NCBI RefSeq assembly: GCF_009914755.1
Contig: NC_060938.1
Direction: 5' to 3' (one strand)
Source: the human T2T-CHM13v2.0 reference genome, Homo sapiens
DNA: 64,000 nucleotides
Below are positions 60,376 through 64,000 of the stretch, piece by piece (position 1 is the first letter of the stretch; each line of letters begins with the position of its first letter). The notes beneath the pieces are model-generated. The model was not told where the DNA came from. It did no database searches and was given only the letters and a program-made list of their open reading frames with translations. Position numbers and translations under genes: made by a program.

Positions 60376-61022
60376 GAAATATACTTATTTCTAAGGATTA
60401 TCTTGCTTTGAGTTAATCAGAACAAGAATCCCTCAAAAGCCTTTTTAATGTATTCTTGAAGAGTGTTTTTATATTATATTTGGAATTCAAAAATATAGCA
60501 TTTTCAACGTAGCTTGGGCTCTGTTTCATTGAAATCTAACCACCCATTAGTGAAGCTGCGTCATGCTGTGGGCCTGGCCTGGGCCTGTTCTCTGTTGTAT
60601 CCTGGGTCTAGCTCAGTACATAGCACACAGGAGGAGTTTGGTGAATATAGATGTGGTGTGAAATGAATCCACCGTGTGGTCCAAAAGAAAAAGCAAAAAG
60701 CACTATATTATATAATAATTATTATATATCTTTAATTTATTTGGACTTAAATATTTTAACACAGAACTACTTATGTGCCGTTTTGGGCCAAAGAAGATAA
60801 TTATTCAAGGACTTTCTTGAGTCATTACCCCTCTGTATTACAACAGAGCTGCAGAATCAGGCCATGTAGCCCCATTATAAAGGTATCTGGTAAATGAACA
60901 TTAGCTTTTCACTGCTCTGTGTTAGCCCTGTCTTCATTCAACTACAAAGGCCGGAAACATATCGAGTGATAAGGAAGCTAGCATTCCTTAATGAGGCGAG
61001 TCCAGCTTCATGAATGATGTAT

Positions 61023-61335
<313 letters not shown>

Positions 61336-61360
61336 ATGAATGATGTATATTAAATACTAA

Positions 61361-61513
<153 letters not shown>

Positions 61514-62296
61514 TAGAAGGAAACTTAGACATTTAGTCCACCCTCTCACTTAGTGCAGAAATCCTCTCTCCAGCATCAGTCATCAATAGATATTTGTCTA
61601 GCCTCAGCTTAAACACTTCCTGAGATAGAGCATCCCATTCATAGTACTCCTCAGGGTTGGAAAGGTTTTTCTTTTTGTGGGCCTGAAGTCTTCTTACTAA
61701 TTTCTACTCATTGGTCTTAATTTTCCCCTTCTGGAGCCACACAGAATAAGTAAGTCTTTCATCTTACACATGTCAGTGATTCATATATCTAAAGTGATCT
61801 GTCCTGTCTCCCTTCGTTTTCTCTCTTTAATTCAAACATTCTCTTTCTTCAGTTTTACTCAATGTAGTATGGATTCTGAGTCTTTCCGCAACCTGCTAGT
61901 GCTCCCCTGGTTGCATGTAGCTTGTCAGTATGCCTGTTGAAACCTGGGTTTCAACACTGAATAGGTCCTCTGGATGTAGTTCAGTGGCTGTGGGTTTCTT
62001 TTTGTGAGTATCCTGTGAGTGCAACTTAAAACTTGTAGTTTTTTGTGACACCTTATGTAACTTATATTAGCTGCCATTGACACTTCAACGGTAGTCCTTC
62101 AACTGTAGTTCTTTTTTTTTCACATGAGTTGCATCTAAGGTCTAAACAGGAGAGACCCATAGATTAAAAAACTGTTAGGAAACTATGTGAGTCGTATGCT
62201 GTGTATGATCTAAGTCCAATGTGGAGACATTAAGTGGTCTTGTAACAGGCATATCCACTTGGTTTGCTAGGACCAAAGCAAAGCAGAAAAGAAAGC

Positions 62297-62677
62297 TATG
62301 TTAGTTTGTTCTTGCACCGCTATGAAGACATACCTGAGACTGGGTAATTTATAAAGAAGAGGGGCTTAATTGGCTCACGGTTCTGCAGGCTGTACATGAA
62401 GCATGGCTGAGGAGGCCTCAGGAAACTTTCAATTGTGACAGAAGGTGAAGAGGAAGCAGGCACATCTTACTTGGCCGGAGCAAGAGGGAAGAGAAAGGGG
62501 GAAGAGCTACACACTTTTATCAAACAACCAGATATCATGAGAACTCTCTATCACGAGAACAGCAAGGAGGAAGTCCACCCCCATGATCCAATCACCTCCT
62601 ACCAGGCCCCTCCTCCAACATTGGGGATTATAATTTGAGATGAGATTTGGGTGGGGACATAGACCCAAACCATATCA
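62297..62677 (-). mobile_element. MSTA-like MaLR solo LTR
   Basis: catacctgagactgggtaatttataaag...aaaccatatca. Confidence 0.9.
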
Positions 62678-63920
62678 AAGGCCAAGAAACGGTTATTGCC
62701 CAGTTTCTTTATATATTCCCATAATTTTGTCCTAATACTTTGCAGTTAGCATACAATGTGGCCAGTGAGTCTTGGACTTTCATTAGGATCCATTTCTTTA
62801 GACTCATCATCTAAAAAGATCTTCTATTACACGTGGCGCATTTTGAGCAAGAAACATGCAAAGTAGAAAGGAAAACAAGGAATACAGAAGAATTTCTCAC
62901 ATTTATGATAACTACTTCCTATAGAAATGGTGATTATGAAGTAGCTGGTGTAATAGTCACCTTTTCCTATTTCTTTTGGCTGTATTCGTTTGTTATGAGA
63001 AAACACGAAAGATGCTTTTTATAGCCCTTTTCTTTCCTTATCGTTAGCTTAGTGAAATTGGCAAAAGATTTCTGCTCTGCAAGTACAGAGACAGAGTGAA
63101 TTACATCCTTTCTGGATTTTTTTTCTCATTTTCCTTCTAGTGTCTTTTTTCCCCATCCACAAAGATGTAAGAATTCCAACTCATATTGTATCACTCTTTT
63201 TCCAACTATATATGATATCTTTGTATTTTTTTAAGATTAATACAGTACAAGAGCTCAATCTTGTTAGTTTAAACATACCTCACAACATTTTCCTTATGAT
63301 TTAACCCACTGCACTTTATAGAGTTGTCATTTTAAAAATGCCTTCTATCCAACATGGGCTCATCTCATGCCCATAGATGTGCCTTTGCTTCGCAGTTGCC
63401 AAAATTCCATTGTTTTGCTTCTATTTCCAGCAACATAAGAGGTTATACTGCAGTAGGATAGCTCCCATCAAACCTTATAGTGGGCAGAAAGTAAACTGAC
63501 ACAGAAATCCTGAAAACCAGTGACTAAATGAATGGAAATAAAGTCTTTTTCAAATATTACCTACCTGTGCTCGTTTAGGAGAGTGGTTCCTGTGCTTGAT
63601 AGTGTGTTCCAGGCTGGCCACCAGAGGGCATAGTGAGCCACTTCTTCCAAACCTCTTGGAAAGAGCTGTGAAGAAGCTCCCAACTCTAGGCTGACGTACA
63701 GGATTGTGTCCTCCTGATCTCTTGAAGCACCTTTATACCTTGTCTGTAAGATAAAGTCTTTTTCTAGCAACGTGAGTCATTGAAACTGAGACACATTAGT
63801 CAGAGAATCGGTGGCTGCTGACCCTCTCCCATTTTGCAAATGTGGGACCTAAGGGCAGACATTGAGACCTTGTGGTGGTCAGAGTCACATTGCCTGGGCT
63901 CAGTCCCGGCTCTACGTGTG

Positions 63921-64000
63921 TGTATTAGTCTGCTTGGGTGCTATAACAAAATTACCTGGGTGACTTTTCTTGGACTTGGGTCGCTGAAACAACAGACACT
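63921..64000 (-). mobile_element. Terminus of an MLT1 LTR, truncated by the window edge
   Basis: tgtattagtctgcttgggtgctataacaaaattacc. Confidence 0.7.

Noticed and set aside
63553-63770. 69-aa minus-strand ORF ending at a donor-like CAG|GTAGGT (possible antisense exon or pseudogene)
   Set aside because: Non-ATG start, no recognisable homology and a weak acceptor; not supportable

Overview
Human-type (primate) genomic DNA, intron-rich and about half interspersed repeats. From recalled protein sequences (no database search was run) I identify it as the EFCAB11/TDP1 head-to-head locus on human 14q32.11. The minus strand carries EFCAB11 coding exons 1-5 (44856 down to 21739), plus a candidate alternative terminal exon at about 14.8 kb. 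The canonical last exon lies beyond the left edge of the window. The plus strand carries TDP1 non-coding exon 1, an Alu-derived 5'UTR exon 2, and coding exons 3-6 (53314-61471, codons 1-252); the gene continues past the right edge. All junctions are GT-AG and the reading frames join correctly. Nearly all other ORFs in the track are Alu, LTR or CpG-island artefacts. There are no prokaryotic-type systems, CRISPR arrays, tRNAs or rRNAs. The most interesting observations are: (1) a uORF-laden Alu exon in the TDP1 leader; (2) a stop-free 666-nt potential circRNA of TDP1 exons 3-5 bracketed by inverted Alus, one of them a young AluYa5; (3) three AT-rich nested-palindrome structures, including a perfect 39-bp palindromic VNTR; (4) fossil hAT transposase and C2H2 zinc-finger sequences; (5) several candidate alternative EFCAB11 exons. 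None of these can be shown to be a new biological system from sequence alone.
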